Source: a virus. Taken from it: a stretch of 64,000 nucleotides of DNA. The stretch is from IMG/VR virus record IMGVR_UViG_3300032236_001129, positions 1-64,000 of that record. One strand, written 5' to 3'. The notes under the pieces were generated by a model that was given only the letters and a program-made list of their open reading frames with translations, was not told where the DNA came from and did not search any database. The position numbers were made by a program, and so were the translations under genes. This document shows, piece after piece, positions 44,004 through 53,716 of this stretch (position 1 is the stretch's first letter; each line of letters starts with the position of its first letter).

Positions 44004-44300
44004 CTACTTCTCTAGACGCTTAAGGATTTCCCGTGCTACTACTAGGGTTTCCATGTCTACATCGAAGTCTTCTTTAGCTTTTTTACGATCAAGTTCTCCT
44101 TGACGGTTTGTAGCGTTTAGGATCAAGCCAGAGAGCAGGATAGACTCAAGAGAAACTATTAATGTTAAGAATAGGAATGGGTAAGGCTCCATAAAAAACC
44201 AGATGGTCCACATTACGAGATGAAACCCGATAAAAGCTGGCTTACCAAAGTTCTCAGCTGCCCAATCAGATAGCTTATGAACTAGGTTGTGCAACTTCAT
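44004..44300 (-). CDS. DUF1003-like membrane protein
   Basis: PYPFLFLTLIVSLESI..IL..NRQ..D. Confidence 0.7.
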   Translation of the reverse strand: MKLHNLVHKLSDWAAENFGKPAFIGFHLVMWTIWFFMEPYPFLFLTLIVSLESILLSGLILNATNRQGELDRKKAKEDFDVDMETLVVAREILKRLEK

Positions 44301-44554
44301 TCACTAACCTCATCTACATGCTGTTCGAAGCGTCCTTCTAGCTTATCAACCTGTGATTTGATAGCTACTTGGTCTTGACGCAATTCTTTAAGCAGCGGGA
44401 TAACTTCTAGGGTTACCTTGTCATGCAATGAGCTTCCATGATTAGGACGAAGCTCAGCAAGATACTTCTTGATTACCCAGTGACCGACTGCACCAACAAA
44501 AGCTAGAAGTGCAATTACACCGGAAATAATATTCCATCGATCAGCGGTTGTCAT
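44297..44554 (-). CDS. Single-TM + coiled-coil protein (lysis-associated type)
   Basis: N-terminal TM, ELRPNHGSSL, coiled coil. Confidence 0.65.
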   Translation of the reverse strand: MTTADRWNIISGVIALLAFVGAVGHWVIKKYLAELRPNHGSSLHDKVTLEVIPLLKELRQDQVAIKSQVDKLEGRFEQHVDEVSE

Positions 44555-44650
44555 TCAATCTCCTGGGCGTGTAGTGACAATAGCAGTACTATGCCGACAA
44601 AAATGCGATACGTCATGTTAAACTATGATTAATCATAAGAGGAGATTAAA

Positions 44651-46789
44651 ATAAGAAAACTACGTCTACTCGTAGAACTATTTCTTGCATCAATCCTTTA
44701 CTTTTCTGTATCACAACTCGCAGCACACGCCGATGATTTAACACCTTCAGATCAGGTGGCAATTTCCCCTGCCTCTGACACATCTACAGCTACAGTATCC
44801 TTACCTGTTGCTCTTGCCTCTGCTATCTCTACAGTAGACGGCGCTACAGTTACTGTAAATGTTGCAATTCAAACAGCTAGTGATTCTTTAACTGCTGTTG
44901 TAGACACCCAAGAAAAAATGCAGGTGGTGGAGTCTAGTACCGTAGCCGTTGCAGCTATTGATTCTGCCACGGTTGCTATCAATGATGCTCACGTAGCTAT
45001 TCAAGCTGCTGAGTCAGCAACTGTTACAGCTGCGTTGGATCTGCAAGCTGTAGATTCCCAGACAGTTGTTGTTGCCATAGCAACTACTAACTTAGATAGT
45101 TCTACTGTAGTGCTTAACGTGGCCACTGCAGCTGTCGATTCCCAGACCCTTGTAGTCTCCCAAGATGCAGTTGCTTCTCAGAATGCCCAAGCTGCCGCCG
45201 ATTCTTCTACCGTTACTGTGACCACAGGTGGGGTATCAGCTACGGTTTATAATGGAACAGGTAGATCACCGGCACTTCCTACAGATCAAACAACCCCTAT
45301 TCTTACAACTATAGTTCCACAGATCATTAACAATTGGGGTGGAGGTTCGGTACAAGGTGGCCCAGCTGATCGTGTGATCGTTAAATATGAAGGCACGATT
45401 ACTGCCCCTGCTGATGCAGTGGCTGTTAAGTACGCTGTTTACTCTGATGATGGGGCTAAGCTGTATGTTGATGGTCAGCTAGCAATCAATAACTGGAGAG
45501 ACCAAGGACCTACTTGGAGCCCATACAGTCCTGTGTATGATGTGACTACTAATAAGTCTCAAAATTTTGTGCTTTGGTACTATGAAAATGGTGGAGGTGC
45601 AGTTTGTACTCTTGGCTGGGCAATCTTTAGAGCTGATGGTACAGGATACTTTACAAGCCCTACTGCACCTAACTTTGGTACCACAACTACAACCAAAGAT
45701 CAAGCATTAGTAGCTGCAGCTCAAGCTGCGTTGGATACTCTTAATAATGATAGTGCTGTTTTAGTTACTCTTCAAGATGCAAAGACAGCTGCAGAAAATG
45801 TTGTAGCTGCGGATACTCAAACCAAAGCGGATGCTATCTCTCTATTAACACAGTTAACCGATACTACTACAGCATCTGTTGCCACAGCTGTAGATCTATC
45901 TAATCAAGCTGCTGCAAAAGCTAATGATGCTAAAGCAGCATTGGATACAGCAGTTACCACAGTTTCCAGCGTTGTTGCTCAATATATTGACGCTCAGCTT
46001 CAGTTGCAAGCTCAGAGAGATGCTGAAGCTGCCGCTGCCGCAGCTGCTGCAAGAGCTGCTGCAGTTGCTCCGGCTCCAGAACCTCAACCTGCTCCTCAAC
46101 CTGAACCAGATCCGCAACCTCAGCCCGATCCACAACCTCAACCGGATCCACAACCACAGCCAGATCCTCAGCCGCAACCAGATCCACAACCTGCGCCGCA
46201 ACCAGACCCAGGACCCGCACCTGCTCCTCAGCCAGAGCCTGCACCCGCTCCTGCGCCTGCTCCAGCGCCCGAACCAACTCCTGCACCTTCACCTGAACCA
46301 CCTGTCGTTCCTGGTCTAGTTCCTAATAATCCAGACTCACTACCAGATAGTGTACCAAAGGAAGCGCCTAAAGAAGTTCTCGTGCCTCACGTACAAGTTG
46401 ATAAAGCTGGTGTAGAAAATGGTGGCATTGAATTCTTTGGTACTAAAACACAGCCACAAGTAGTTGGAGAAGATGGAAAGCTTACCCCGCCTCCACCTCC
46501 TCCAGGTTCAGGGCTACCAATTCCTCCGGATGCGATAACCTTGAGCGATACATTTATCGGACAACCAGGCGGCACAACATTTAACGCACCTGACGTTGCC
46601 GTTCCCGTTATAGAAACTCCTGTTACTGGGGCTTTAGCGGCGGTACCTGGGGTACAGGCTCTCAATCATGCATTCGTTGCGATGGCTAACATCGGTAACG
46701 ATATGTCCCCTATCACCCGTAAAAAAGCAAAGAAAATCTTGGTATTGACAACCGTCATTGCCGCCGTAAGAAGGAGATTTGGTAACTAA
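44651..46789 (+). CDS. Secreted/surface PA14-domain protein with Pro-rich repeats
   Basis: SDDGAKLYVDGQ..W..Q and YYENGGGA PA14 motifs; Ala/Val/Thr stalks; (PQPD)n; in-frame signal peptide upstream of the GTG at 44756. Confidence 0.8.
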   Translation: MRKLRLLVELFLASILYFSVSQLAAHADDLTPSDQVAISPASDTSTATVSLPVALASAISTVDGATVTVNVAIQTASDSLTAVVDTQEKMQVVESSTVAVAAIDSATVAINDAHVAIQAAESATVTAALDLQAVDSQTVVVAIATTNLDSSTVVLNVATAAVDSQTLVVSQDAVASQNAQAAADSSTVTVTTGGVSATVYNGTGRSPALPTDQTTPILTTIVPQIINNWGGGSVQGGPADRVIVKYEGTITAPADAVAVKYAVYSDDGAKLYVDGQLAINNWRDQGPTWSPYSPVYDVTTNKSQNFVLWYYENGGGAVCTLGWAIFRADGTGYFTSPTAPNFGTTTTTKDQALVAAAQAALDTLNNDSAVLVTLQDAKTAAENVVAADTQTKADAISLLTQLTDTTTASVATAVDLSNQAAAKANDAKAALDTAVTTVSSVVAQYIDAQLQLQAQRDAEAAAAAAAARAAAVAPAPEPQPAPQPEPDPQPQPDPQPQPDPQPQPDPQPQPDPQPAPQPDPGPAPAPQPEPAPAPAPAPAPEPTPAPSPEPPVVPGLVPNNPDSLPDSVPKEAPKEVLVPHVQVDKAGVENGGIEFFGTKTQPQVVGEDGKLTPPPPPPGSGLPIPPDAITLSDTFIGQPGGTTFNAPDVAVPVIETPVTGALAAVPGVQALNHAFVAMANIGNDMSPITRKKAKKILVLTTVIAAVRRRFGN
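46070..46300 (+). repeat. Coding tandem repeats (PQPQPD / PA)n
   Basis: 18-nt degenerate units with synonymous variation. Confidence 0.8.
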
Positions 46790-46974
46790 TGAAGCAATTC
46801 TTTAAAGATATATCTTCAGATTTCTTCAGTGAGATCTGGACATTCGTAGGGCTATTCTCAGCATGGCTAGTACTAACTGGTTCTGCTAAGACCGTCATCG
46901 GTAAGGTAACCCTAGCCTCTTTTGTAGTGTGGATTCTTACCCTCCGTCTTCGTAACCCAAAGGATAAAGAATGA
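46789..46974 (+). CDS. Two-TM membrane protein (holin candidate)
   Basis: Hydrophobic, upstream of the endolysin. Confidence 0.6.
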   Translation: MKQFFKDISSDFFSEIWTFVGLFSAWLVLTGSAKTVIGKVTLASFVVWILTLRLRNPKDKE

Positions 46975-47345
46975 AAACAACAGGAAACATTCTTCTACGT
47001 ATCGTTGCTGTGTTTGCAGCTAGCGGTCTAGGAGTTATCGGTGCTGGTTCTATCGCAGGAATCTCAGTACTAAAAGCCGTAACAGTAGCTGGTCTAACAG
47101 CGGTTGCTGCGGTAGTAGAAAAACTTGCTCGTGGCTTTATGAACGACGGTAAGCTTGACCTAGATGAAATTAACGCAGCATTTGCAGCAGTTGATGTTAA
47201 CTCTAAGACAGCTGCTGACCTTCAAGTTGAAGCCAAGCAAAACGGTCAGGATATCTTAATCAAGGCTGATGGTGGAACAACTGTAGCGACTCCAGTTGCT
47301 GCAGCAGCACCAGTAGTAGACCAAAGCCACCCAGATTATAACTAA
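46971..47345 (+). CDS. Membrane protein (holin candidate)
   Basis: Two N-terminal TM segments; DGKLDLDEIN. Confidence 0.65.
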   Translation: MKTTGNILLRIVAVFAASGLGVIGAGSIAGISVLKAVTVAGLTAVAAVVEKLARGFMNDGKLDLDEINAAFAAVDVNSKTAADLQVEAKQNGQDILIKADGGTTVATPVAAAAPVVDQSHPDYN

Positions 47346-47355
47346 GGAGTAAAAC

Positions 47356-48102
47356 ATGGCAGCAGAAAAAGGAACAGCAGCTCGTATGGTTGAAGTAGCT
47401 CTTGCAGAAGAAGGCTACGTAGAAGGTCCAAAGGACAATGAAACTAAGTACGGCGCATTTACAAAGGCTAACTTCTTGCCTTGGTGTGGCTCATTCGTTA
47501 TGTGGTGTGCTAACCAAGCTGGCGTAAAGGTACCTAATACAGTATCTACAATGGCAGGTGCAGCAGCTTTCAAGAAGCTCGGTACTTGGACAGACGCAGC
47601 GGTAGCTCAGCCAGAACCAGGAGACATTGTTTACTTTGACTTCATGGCTGGCGGTGCTCCAATCGAGCACGTAGGCATTGTTGTTCGTGACAATGGCGAT
47701 GGCACAATCACCACTATCGAAGGAAATACTTCTGGAGATAAGAAGAAGTCTGGTTCACAGGCTAACGGTGGAGAAGCTGTTGTAAAGCTTCGTGCTTATA
47801 AGAAGAACAAGAAGGCTCTCCCAATCTTCATTGAAGGTTTTGGTCGCCCCAACTATGTAGGTAATGACGTGCATGTGGATCCAGTCCCAGCAGTTAAGCC
47901 AGCATTTCCAGGACAAATCAAGCCAGGAGACAAAGGCGAGAACGTTAAGACAATCCAGCATGCACTTACTCTTGTAGAAGATGGTGACTATGGCCCTGCA
48001 ACTAAGGCAGCAGTTATCAAGTTCCAGGATAACCATGCTAATCTAGATTCAAATGGAATTGTTGGCCCAAAGACTTGGGCAGCACTCATGGATCTACTTT
48101 AA
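47356..48102 (+). CDS. Endolysin: CHAP domain + peptidoglycan-binding domain
   Basis: PWCGSFV, HVGIV, TIEGNT; DGDYGPATKAAV..FQ..GIVGPKTW. Confidence 0.92.
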   Translation: MAAEKGTAARMVEVALAEEGYVEGPKDNETKYGAFTKANFLPWCGSFVMWCANQAGVKVPNTVSTMAGAAAFKKLGTWTDAAVAQPEPGDIVYFDFMAGGAPIEHVGIVVRDNGDGTITTIEGNTSGDKKKSGSQANGGEAVVKLRAYKKNKKALPIFIEGFGRPNYVGNDVHVDPVPAVKPAFPGQIKPGDKGENVKTIQHALTLVEDGDYGPATKAAVIKFQDNHANLDSNGIVGPKTWAALMDLL

Positions 48103-48115
48103 GAATATAAATAAG

Positions 48116-48142
48116 AAAGCCCCCAGTGATGGGGGCTTTTTT
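48116..48142. terminator. Bidirectional terminator
   Basis: AAAGCCCCCA-GTGA-TGGGGGCTTTTTT. Confidence 0.8.
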
Positions 48143-48143
48143 A

Positions 48144-49298
48144 TTACAGTGGATTACCCACCGTGTCTACTGTGGAATGAATCTCTTGTCCACGATACAT
48201 TGTCTTACCCTTATGGATATGAACCTGATCAAAGTGGAAGCTGTCATCATCGCCATCTTTGTAGAAGATAACGCTTACGCCTTGCTGCCAGTTTTCAAAG
48301 TATTGAAGCGCTTGACCTTTGACATCCACCCCACCCTTGACAGAAGGGACTGCACCGTCCACTCGGCAGAGGCATCCTGGACTAAAAGACACGCTCTTAA
48401 TCGCCTGGTCACGATCAAATACTGTTTTTGATTGCTGTTCCATTCGATGAGTGTGACCAAAGAGCGTGGAAATATTTGGATTCGAATTTGCATACTGCGC
48501 AGCCGTTGAACCGCTGGAGTTAGCCCGATCACCATGCATAGCACGGAGACGCTTATTAATCCAATGTGCAGCAGCAGGGTAACCATCAATAAACTCCACT
48601 CCAAGTTCGTCACAACGTAATAGATTTTGTAAACTTAATACAGGCCAAGCATCTGGGATGTTAGCTACTTTAATACCGTAAGCTGCAGCAGCGTTAGTAT
48701 TAATAAAACGATTGAGGCGCTTGTCGTGATTGCCTTCCAAAAGAATGATTCGTGAATCCACGCCGGCGTTAGCACGCTGCTCAGCAAGGAAACGATGACC
48801 ACGATTGATAGCAAGCTGAGCAGTGTGTGCAAAGTTTGTCTCCTGTTCGTATGTACCGTACATCGGTAAGTCTAGGAAATCTCCTAGGTTAATGACTTGA
48901 GCTAGTGGATGGCCATGATCTAAACCTACTATTTGTAAAGCCACATCCATAGCAGCTTCATCATGGAAAGGATCTAAGGCACCGTCTTCATACTTACGGT
49001 AGCCAATCTGTGGGTCTGGTAGCGCAACGGCAACCTTCCAGTCACTGCTGATTAGTGCAGGCGTACGAACCTTAGGTTGTACGATGGTAGGAGCTGCCTC
49101 TTGTACAGGCTGCCAAGCCGGGCCCTCGCCCCATTTGGGGGACAGGATGATCTTAGTGTCATCCGGATTTGTAGAAAGACTAACCTTACTAATCTTGCCT
49201 ACATCTTCTGCAGTAAGACCATTAGCCTTAAGCAGCTTCTCAATAGAACTAATAGCTCCATCTGTTTTAGCGTTATTGTATGCGTCTTCTAGCGACAT
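48144..49298 (-). CDS. Metallophosphoesterase (calcineurin-like)
   Basis: PDPQ, GDFLD, GNHD, HG, GHTH motifs. Confidence 0.88.
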   Translation of the reverse strand: MSLEDAYNNAKTDGAISSIEKLLKANGLTAEDVGKISKVSLSTNPDDTKIILSPKWGEGPAWQPVQEAAPTIVQPKVRTPALISSDWKVAVALPDPQIGYRKYEDGALDPFHDEAAMDVALQIVGLDHGHPLAQVINLGDFLDLPMYGTYEQETNFAHTAQLAINRGHRFLAEQRANAGVDSRIILLEGNHDKRLNRFINTNAAAAYGIKVANIPDAWPVLSLQNLLRCDELGVEFIDGYPAAAHWINKRLRAMHGDRANSSGSTAAQYANSNPNISTLFGHTHRMEQQSKTVFDRDQAIKSVSFSPGCLCRVDGAVPSVKGGVDVKGQALQYFENWQQGVSVIFYKDGDDDSFHFDQVHIHKGKTMYRGQEIHSTVDTVGNPL

Positions 49299-49528
49299 GC
49301 GCAGGTTCCGTTTCTATGCTCTCTTAAAGAGGTTAGTCCAAATGTTGCTCCGGCAGATTTGTAAAGATCAAAAAGACTTCGTGTAGAAAAGTCATCATCA
49401 TTTAAAGAGGTTTTAAATGCAGCTAAATCGTTTTCATTGAGCAAGGTAGACCACGCACCAACTACACACATCCCAGCTACAAAGGGATTACTTTCTTTTG
49501 CTTCAGAATATAAAGCTTCTAAACTCAT
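49289..49528 (-). CDS. Hypothetical protein
   Basis: C...HRNGTCAC. Confidence 0.6.
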   Translation of the reverse strand: MSLEALYSEAKESNPFVAGMCVVGAWSTLLNENDLAAFKTSLNDDDFSTRSLFDLYKSAGATFGLTSLREHRNGTCACR

Positions 49529-49594
49529 TGCGCCTCCTAATTTCTATCTAATAGGGGATCCGTGAGGACCCCCTATTAAATATTATACTAGATA

Positions 49595-49939
49595 TTAGTA
49601 CGAAGAATCAATACCAGATTCAAAACCACGATGAGTAACTGGAGGAATGACTGGGCTGTTAGCCATTGTCATACCTGCAGCTGGATCATTTGGCTTGACG
49701 ATATTGGTTACGATGGTGTGTGAAGCACCATTGCGTTCAGCTGCAGAGATAGGACGGTTTGCACGTGTGCCTTGTCCCTGAGCTGCTGGGTCTCCTGCTT
49801 GAGTATTCTTGCGTCCTTCAAGCTTGCCTGATGCAGGCTTAGCTGATGGTGCTGTGAAGGCTGTGCCTGCACGACCCATTGAGGAACGACCTTGTGTGTT
49901 TTCTGCTGCTACTGCAGCATCGACATCTGACTTTGCCAT
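49595..49939 (-). CDS. Hypothetical protein
   Basis: 114 aa A/G/S-rich. Confidence 0.6.
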   Translation of the reverse strand: MAKSDVDAAVAAENTQGRSSMGRAGTAFTAPSAKPASGKLEGRKNTQAGDPAAQGQGTRANRPISAAERNGASHTIVTNIVKPNDPAAGMTMANSPVIPPVTHRGFESGIDSSY

Positions 49940-49985
49940 GTTGGTACCTAACTGTTAGAGGTGAGATCTCGTCTCAAATCTTATA

Positions 49986-50264
49986 TTAATTTGCAGTGAT
50001 TGTAAAGACAATTGCGCTAATCTGGCCATCTCTTGAATCTACCGTAGTAAATCCTGGACGGCAACTTAGGTTCATTCCCCTTGGTGCAACGTAACCACTG
50101 GCAATAGCAATAGCTTTTACCGCCTGGTTAACTGCTGATGCACCCACTGCACGAAGCTGTACTTGGGGCTTTTCATATAGGGCGTGGGCGATAGCTGAGC
50201 CCACTGATTGTGCATTAGATCCTGCGCCTACACGCAAGAATTTCTCTTCTGTTGAATCAGTCAC
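49986..50264 (-). CDS. spoVS: SpoVS family protein
   Basis: SVGSAIAH..RAVGASAVNQAVKAIAIASGY..PGF. Confidence 0.88.
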   Translation of the reverse strand: MTDSTEEKFLRVGAGSNAQSVGSAIAHALYEKPQVQLRAVGASAVNQAVKAIAIASGYVAPRGMNLSCRPGFTTVDSRDGQISAIVFTITAN

Positions 50265-50351
50265 GATTTGTAGTCCTTTAGGTTCGATTTTTAGTCGCCC
50301 ACCTAGCCCCTACAATACCCTTTAAAAGCCCGTCAGTACGGCTATAAGGCC

Positions 50352-50690
50352 TTAACTCTTAAGCCCCCTACCCAAGAGGTCAACCCATACAGAAGCAGGC
50401 ATTGTGGCGTACCACTGGCCTACATCCGTAGTGCCTTTCTTCTTATGAATAACAACGCCTGTCCAAGCGCCATCATTCTTCATCTCTGTCTCTAATTCTT
50501 TTAGCCACTCTGATAGCTTCATCGTAGCTTGATTTTTAATCTCAATAGTTACACCAGGAATGCCTGATACATCCCCCTTGTCAAGGGTCGCACCGGCTAG
50601 ACGGCGATCTGCATATGGGAACCACTGCTTAAGCCATGCCACCACAGCCCGCTCTGCCCCACTACCTTTTGCTTTAGCTGGGTTACTCAT
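50352..50690 (-). CDS. Holliday junction resolvase-like nuclease (PD-(D/E)xK)
   Basis: KAKGSGAER..DKGD..IEIKN. Confidence 0.8.
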   Translation of the reverse strand: MSNPAKAKGSGAERAVVAWLKQWFPYADRRLAGATLDKGDVSGIPGVTIEIKNQATMKLSEWLKELETEMKNDGAWTGVVIHKKKGTTDVGQWYATMPASVWVDLLGRGLKS

Positions 50691-51166
50691 GTTGTGTACC
50701 TCCGTTGTCGTGATCGTAATCCACCATCAGATGTGCGACGGGTAAGCTCACGAGATACGACTGAGCAGTCTCTCTCAATGTTCTGAGTTCTAGTTTCAAT
50801 AAGCTTACGGAACGCATACTTAGTATCGTAGTCGTAGATCAGTTCCTGGATCTCATCTGATGCTTGGATCTGTGCCTTGATTAAGGTGACAGTATCTCCC
50901 TTGGCTCCAGTCCAGCTTTTAAGTAAAGCCACTGACTCAGCATTTTTTAAAGTGCTTTCAGCTTCACGCTCGTTGACTACTGCGATAGCAAAAGCTCCAG
51001 CCAAGTGATCATTCCACTGCGTGTACTGTACGAATAGATCCATAAGACCTTCATCATCCAGCTCAGTAATGTCACGAGGTAGATTAGGAATGTCGTACTC
51101 AGGCCGAGGAGTTAAAGCAAACCCCAGCTCGTTAAGTGCGGCCACTACTTTGGTAGAAATACTCAT
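50687..51166 (-). CDS. Helical hypothetical protein (possible recombination mediator)
   Basis: 159 aa coiled coil ending SRELTRR, in the recombination operon. Confidence 0.55.
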   Translation of the reverse strand: MSISTKVVAALNELGFALTPRPEYDIPNLPRDITELDDEGLMDLFVQYTQWNDHLAGAFAIAVVNEREAESTLKNAESVALLKSWTGAKGDTVTLIKAQIQASDEIQELIYDYDTKYAFRKLIETRTQNIERDCSVVSRELTRRTSDGGLRSRQRRYTT

Positions 51167-52032
51167 TCGGATTCCTTTCTAAAAGGCGCACAACGTTTGC
51201 ATCCATTTTCTGAATCTTGGTTGCACATAGGAGGACGGTCGTTAGCTACAGCCCAGGCAACGTCCAAAGCCTTGTCAAAGATCTCAGCTGTATATTCTGG
51301 GTTGTACTTAACCACGAACTCTTTATATTCCTGGTTAGCTTTAAGCTCATAGATAAATACGATCTCTTCTGGTGCTGCCTCAAGCAGACCTTCTTCTACC
51401 ATTAGGTGGCAGAGGTGAAGGTAAACCTGTCCTTGTAGCTGGTGAGAACGTAGAGGTGTGCGGATGTTCTTCCACACTACATCGATATCATTGTTGTACT
51501 GCGCCATCATGGCAGGCATTTCCATACGGATAGTGCCGGTACCAATAGACTTAATCTCAATCAGGCAGTCATCACCTAGACCTTTGATCCAACCGTCAGC
51601 ATGACCACGCATCATATGCTTGTCACTGCGTAGAGGAACTTCGAGATACTCATCTTCAATATCCACATTGTTAGATGCTAGATCCCAACCTTTACCTGTA
51701 GGGCCATGCCACATACCATAAAGCACACCCATCTCTCTAAACCAGTTCTGCCACTTAGCGTGGATAGTATGGCCTTCTGCAAAGATAGATGCTAGACGAA
51801 GCGTAGGCTTGTCACGAGTCTCTTGATAGTTTCCCTTGATAGCGTGGTACTGAGCAAGTGCACACCACTCAGGCTTAATAATATCTGAAGGATGAATATA
51901 ACTCTGGTCTCGGTCATCAAAGGGCTTAGATAGAACATGGCGTTCTAACGCACCCATAAGGCGTGTATCACGCTTGTTCGCATTAAGAAATGCTTTTAAA
52001 TCTTTACTAGGAACCGTCACCGGCTTTCCCAT
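51163..52032 (-). CDS. Cas4-like PD-(D/E)xK exonuclease
   Basis: HPS..C, G..IH, GHADG, IEIKS, QGQVY, C..C..C. Confidence 0.85.
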   Translation of the reverse strand: MGKPVTVPSKDLKAFLNANKRDTRLMGALERHVLSKPFDDRDQSYIHPSDIIKPEWCALAQYHAIKGNYQETRDKPTLRLASIFAEGHTIHAKWQNWFREMGVLYGMWHGPTGKGWDLASNNVDIEDEYLEVPLRSDKHMMRGHADGWIKGLGDDCLIEIKSIGTGTIRMEMPAMMAQYNNDIDVVWKNIRTPLRSHQLQGQVYLHLCHLMVEEGLLEAAPEEIVFIYELKANQEYKEFVVKYNPEYTAEIFDKALDVAWAVANDRPPMCNQDSENGCKRCAPFRKESE

Positions 52033-52348
52033 TTTTGCCTCCTTGTTCAATCCACTCATCTAAAGTTAGCCCCTGCTTCTTAAATTTACGTTCGGCTGCA
52101 TTACGTTCTCTGTGGGATAAACCGCCAAAGATTCCATGTAGCTCGTTGTTGTTGATGGCTTCCTTAAGACATTCTTTACGTACAGGACACGGTGGTCTCC
52201 CATCCTTGCCCCAACAGATTGCCTTAGCCTTGTCAGCTATGGGCTTGTATAAAGCTTTGTCTCGGGGTGGGAAGAACATCTCTGTATCTTCTCCCTGACA
52301 CTTAGCATCATATCGCCAAGTCCACGCTGGGTCGTCGTCGTAACGCAC
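52007..52348 (-). CDS. whiB: WhiB-family transcription factor
   Basis: W..AKC..FFP..AKAIC..CPVRKECL..GIFGG..ER. Confidence 0.92.
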   Translation of the reverse strand: MRYDDDPAWTWRYDAKCQGEDTEMFFPPRDKALYKPIADKAKAICWGKDGRPPCPVRKECLKEAINNNELHGIFGGLSHRERNAAERKFKKQGLTLDEWIEQGGKNGKAGDGS

Positions 52349-52665
52349 TATTCACCTCTTACTGCATTGCGCAGTTCAAAAAAATCCTCCTCTAATAGTA
52401 CGACGTAGTTTTCACCATCTAGATGCAGGCCGAGTACCGGTGTTCTGCTATCAAGTATTGCTTCCTTAGTAATCTTCTCAAGCACCTCTGCTTTGATCGT
52501 TACTGACTTCTTGCCAGTCCACTTGTGCTCGATAAGGAGGTCGTCAGTTCTGACGTCCCCCTTACGAGACCAAAATGCACCAGAGGCAGCATTGCGCTTA
52601 CCGCCCGTGACTTTCTCTAAACGCTTTTCATGCTTTAGAGATTGTTTCTGACCCTCACTCTTCAT
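52348..52665 (-). CDS. Putative resolvase / PD-(D/E)xK nuclease
   Basis: E..ASGA..KGD..IEHK. Confidence 0.7.
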   Translation of the reverse strand: MKSEGQKQSLKHEKRLEKVTGGKRNAASGAFWSRKGDVRTDDLLIEHKWTGKKSVTIKAEVLEKITKEAILDSRTPVLGLHLDGENYVVLLEEDFFELRNAVRGE

Positions 52666-53716
52666 CAGGACTTAGCATCAATACTGGGGTTGACTTCAAG
52701 GTATCCATCACAGCTGCTGTGAGTTCTTCCCGCAAGTCAATCTCTTCTCGAAGCGAATCAATGAGAGCTTGAGCTCCTTGCCACTTACGATCATTATAGT
52801 ACATCCAGCCACCACGTCGATCCACGATGCCATTGAGTAGAGATAGAGCTACGATTTCCTTACCGGAGTCATAGCTACCTGCATCAATAGGACCACCGTC
52901 TGCGAAGTAGAAGTCTAGATAAGCAGTCTGTTGTGGAGGATAAGTCTTGTTCTTAATAGTACGGACACGGATGGTTTGCCCCACACGGCGCTTCTCCTGT
53001 CCGGTGCCTACCTCAAGCCATTCATCACGCTTTACTTCGCAACGAACGCTGTAGGCATAGTCTTTACCAAGACCTCCCGGTGTTGTACGAGGATCGCCAT
53101 GCATGACGCCGATCTTCATACGGTATTGATTAATCATCATGCCCAGTACGGGGCGTTCTGACTCAATCAAATCTCTTTTAGTTGCTGACATCACCTTACG
53201 GAAAAACTTATTGGTGATTAAAGCTCCTCGTCCGACGGTGAATTCATCCATTGCTTTCTCATCCTCCGCAGAAGGAACGAGGGCAGGAAGAGAATCAATA
53301 ACAACCATATCCACCGCTTTGCTTTCCATGAATTTAATAACGGCATCGAAGGCATCCTCCATACTATTGGTTTCAACAAGTAGAACACGACCTGTGTCTA
53401 CTCCGCAGAGCTCTGCGTATTTTGCATCGAAGTCTTCAGCAGCAATCCATACTGCTGTGAACTCTGGATTGACTTGCTGGTTAGCAGCGATGGTACGAAG
53501 AGCGAGCGCTGTCTTACCATGTGATGCCTCACCTACTAGTTCTACCCAGCGGTTCATAGGCCAACCTCCACCTAGAACAACATCTAAGGTAAGAGAACCG
53601 GTTGTGATTCTGCTAGGCATGTTGACGTCGCTAGCTGCAACGACAGTGTTAGATCCCAGCTTCTTGTTAAGGAGAGCTGCTACCTTGAGTGCCTCTGAAT
53701 TAATTGTCATTGTCAT
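52655..53716 (-). CDS. recA: RecA/UvsX-like recombinase
   Basis: TGSLTLDVVLGGG, GEASHGKT, VIDSL, INQYR, TPGG. Confidence 0.93.
   Translation of the reverse strand: MTMTINSEALKVAALLNKKLGSNTVVAASDVNMPSRITTGSLTLDVVLGGGWPMNRWVELVGEASHGKTALALRTIAANQQVNPEFTAVWIAAEDFDAKYAELCGVDTGRVLLVETNSMEDAFDAVIKFMESKAVDMVVIDSLPALVPSAEDEKAMDEFTVGRGALITNKFFRKVMSATKRDLIESERPVLGMMINQYRMKIGVMHGDPRTTPGGLGKDYAYSVRCEVKRDEWLEVGTGQEKRRVGQTIRVRTIKNKTYPPQQTAYLDFYFADGGPIDAGSYDSGKEIVALSLLNGIVDRRGGWMYYNDRKWQGAQALIDSLREEIDLREELTAAVMDTLKSTPVLMLSPDEE

Noticed and set aside
46070-46300. DNA-level tandem repeat element
   Set aside because: Synonymous variation shows a protein-level PQPD/PA repeat
51163-52032. Cas4-like gene as part of a CRISPR-Cas system
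   Set aside because: No cas1/cas2 and no repeat-spacer array seen; solo Cas4-like nucleases are common in phage recombination operons
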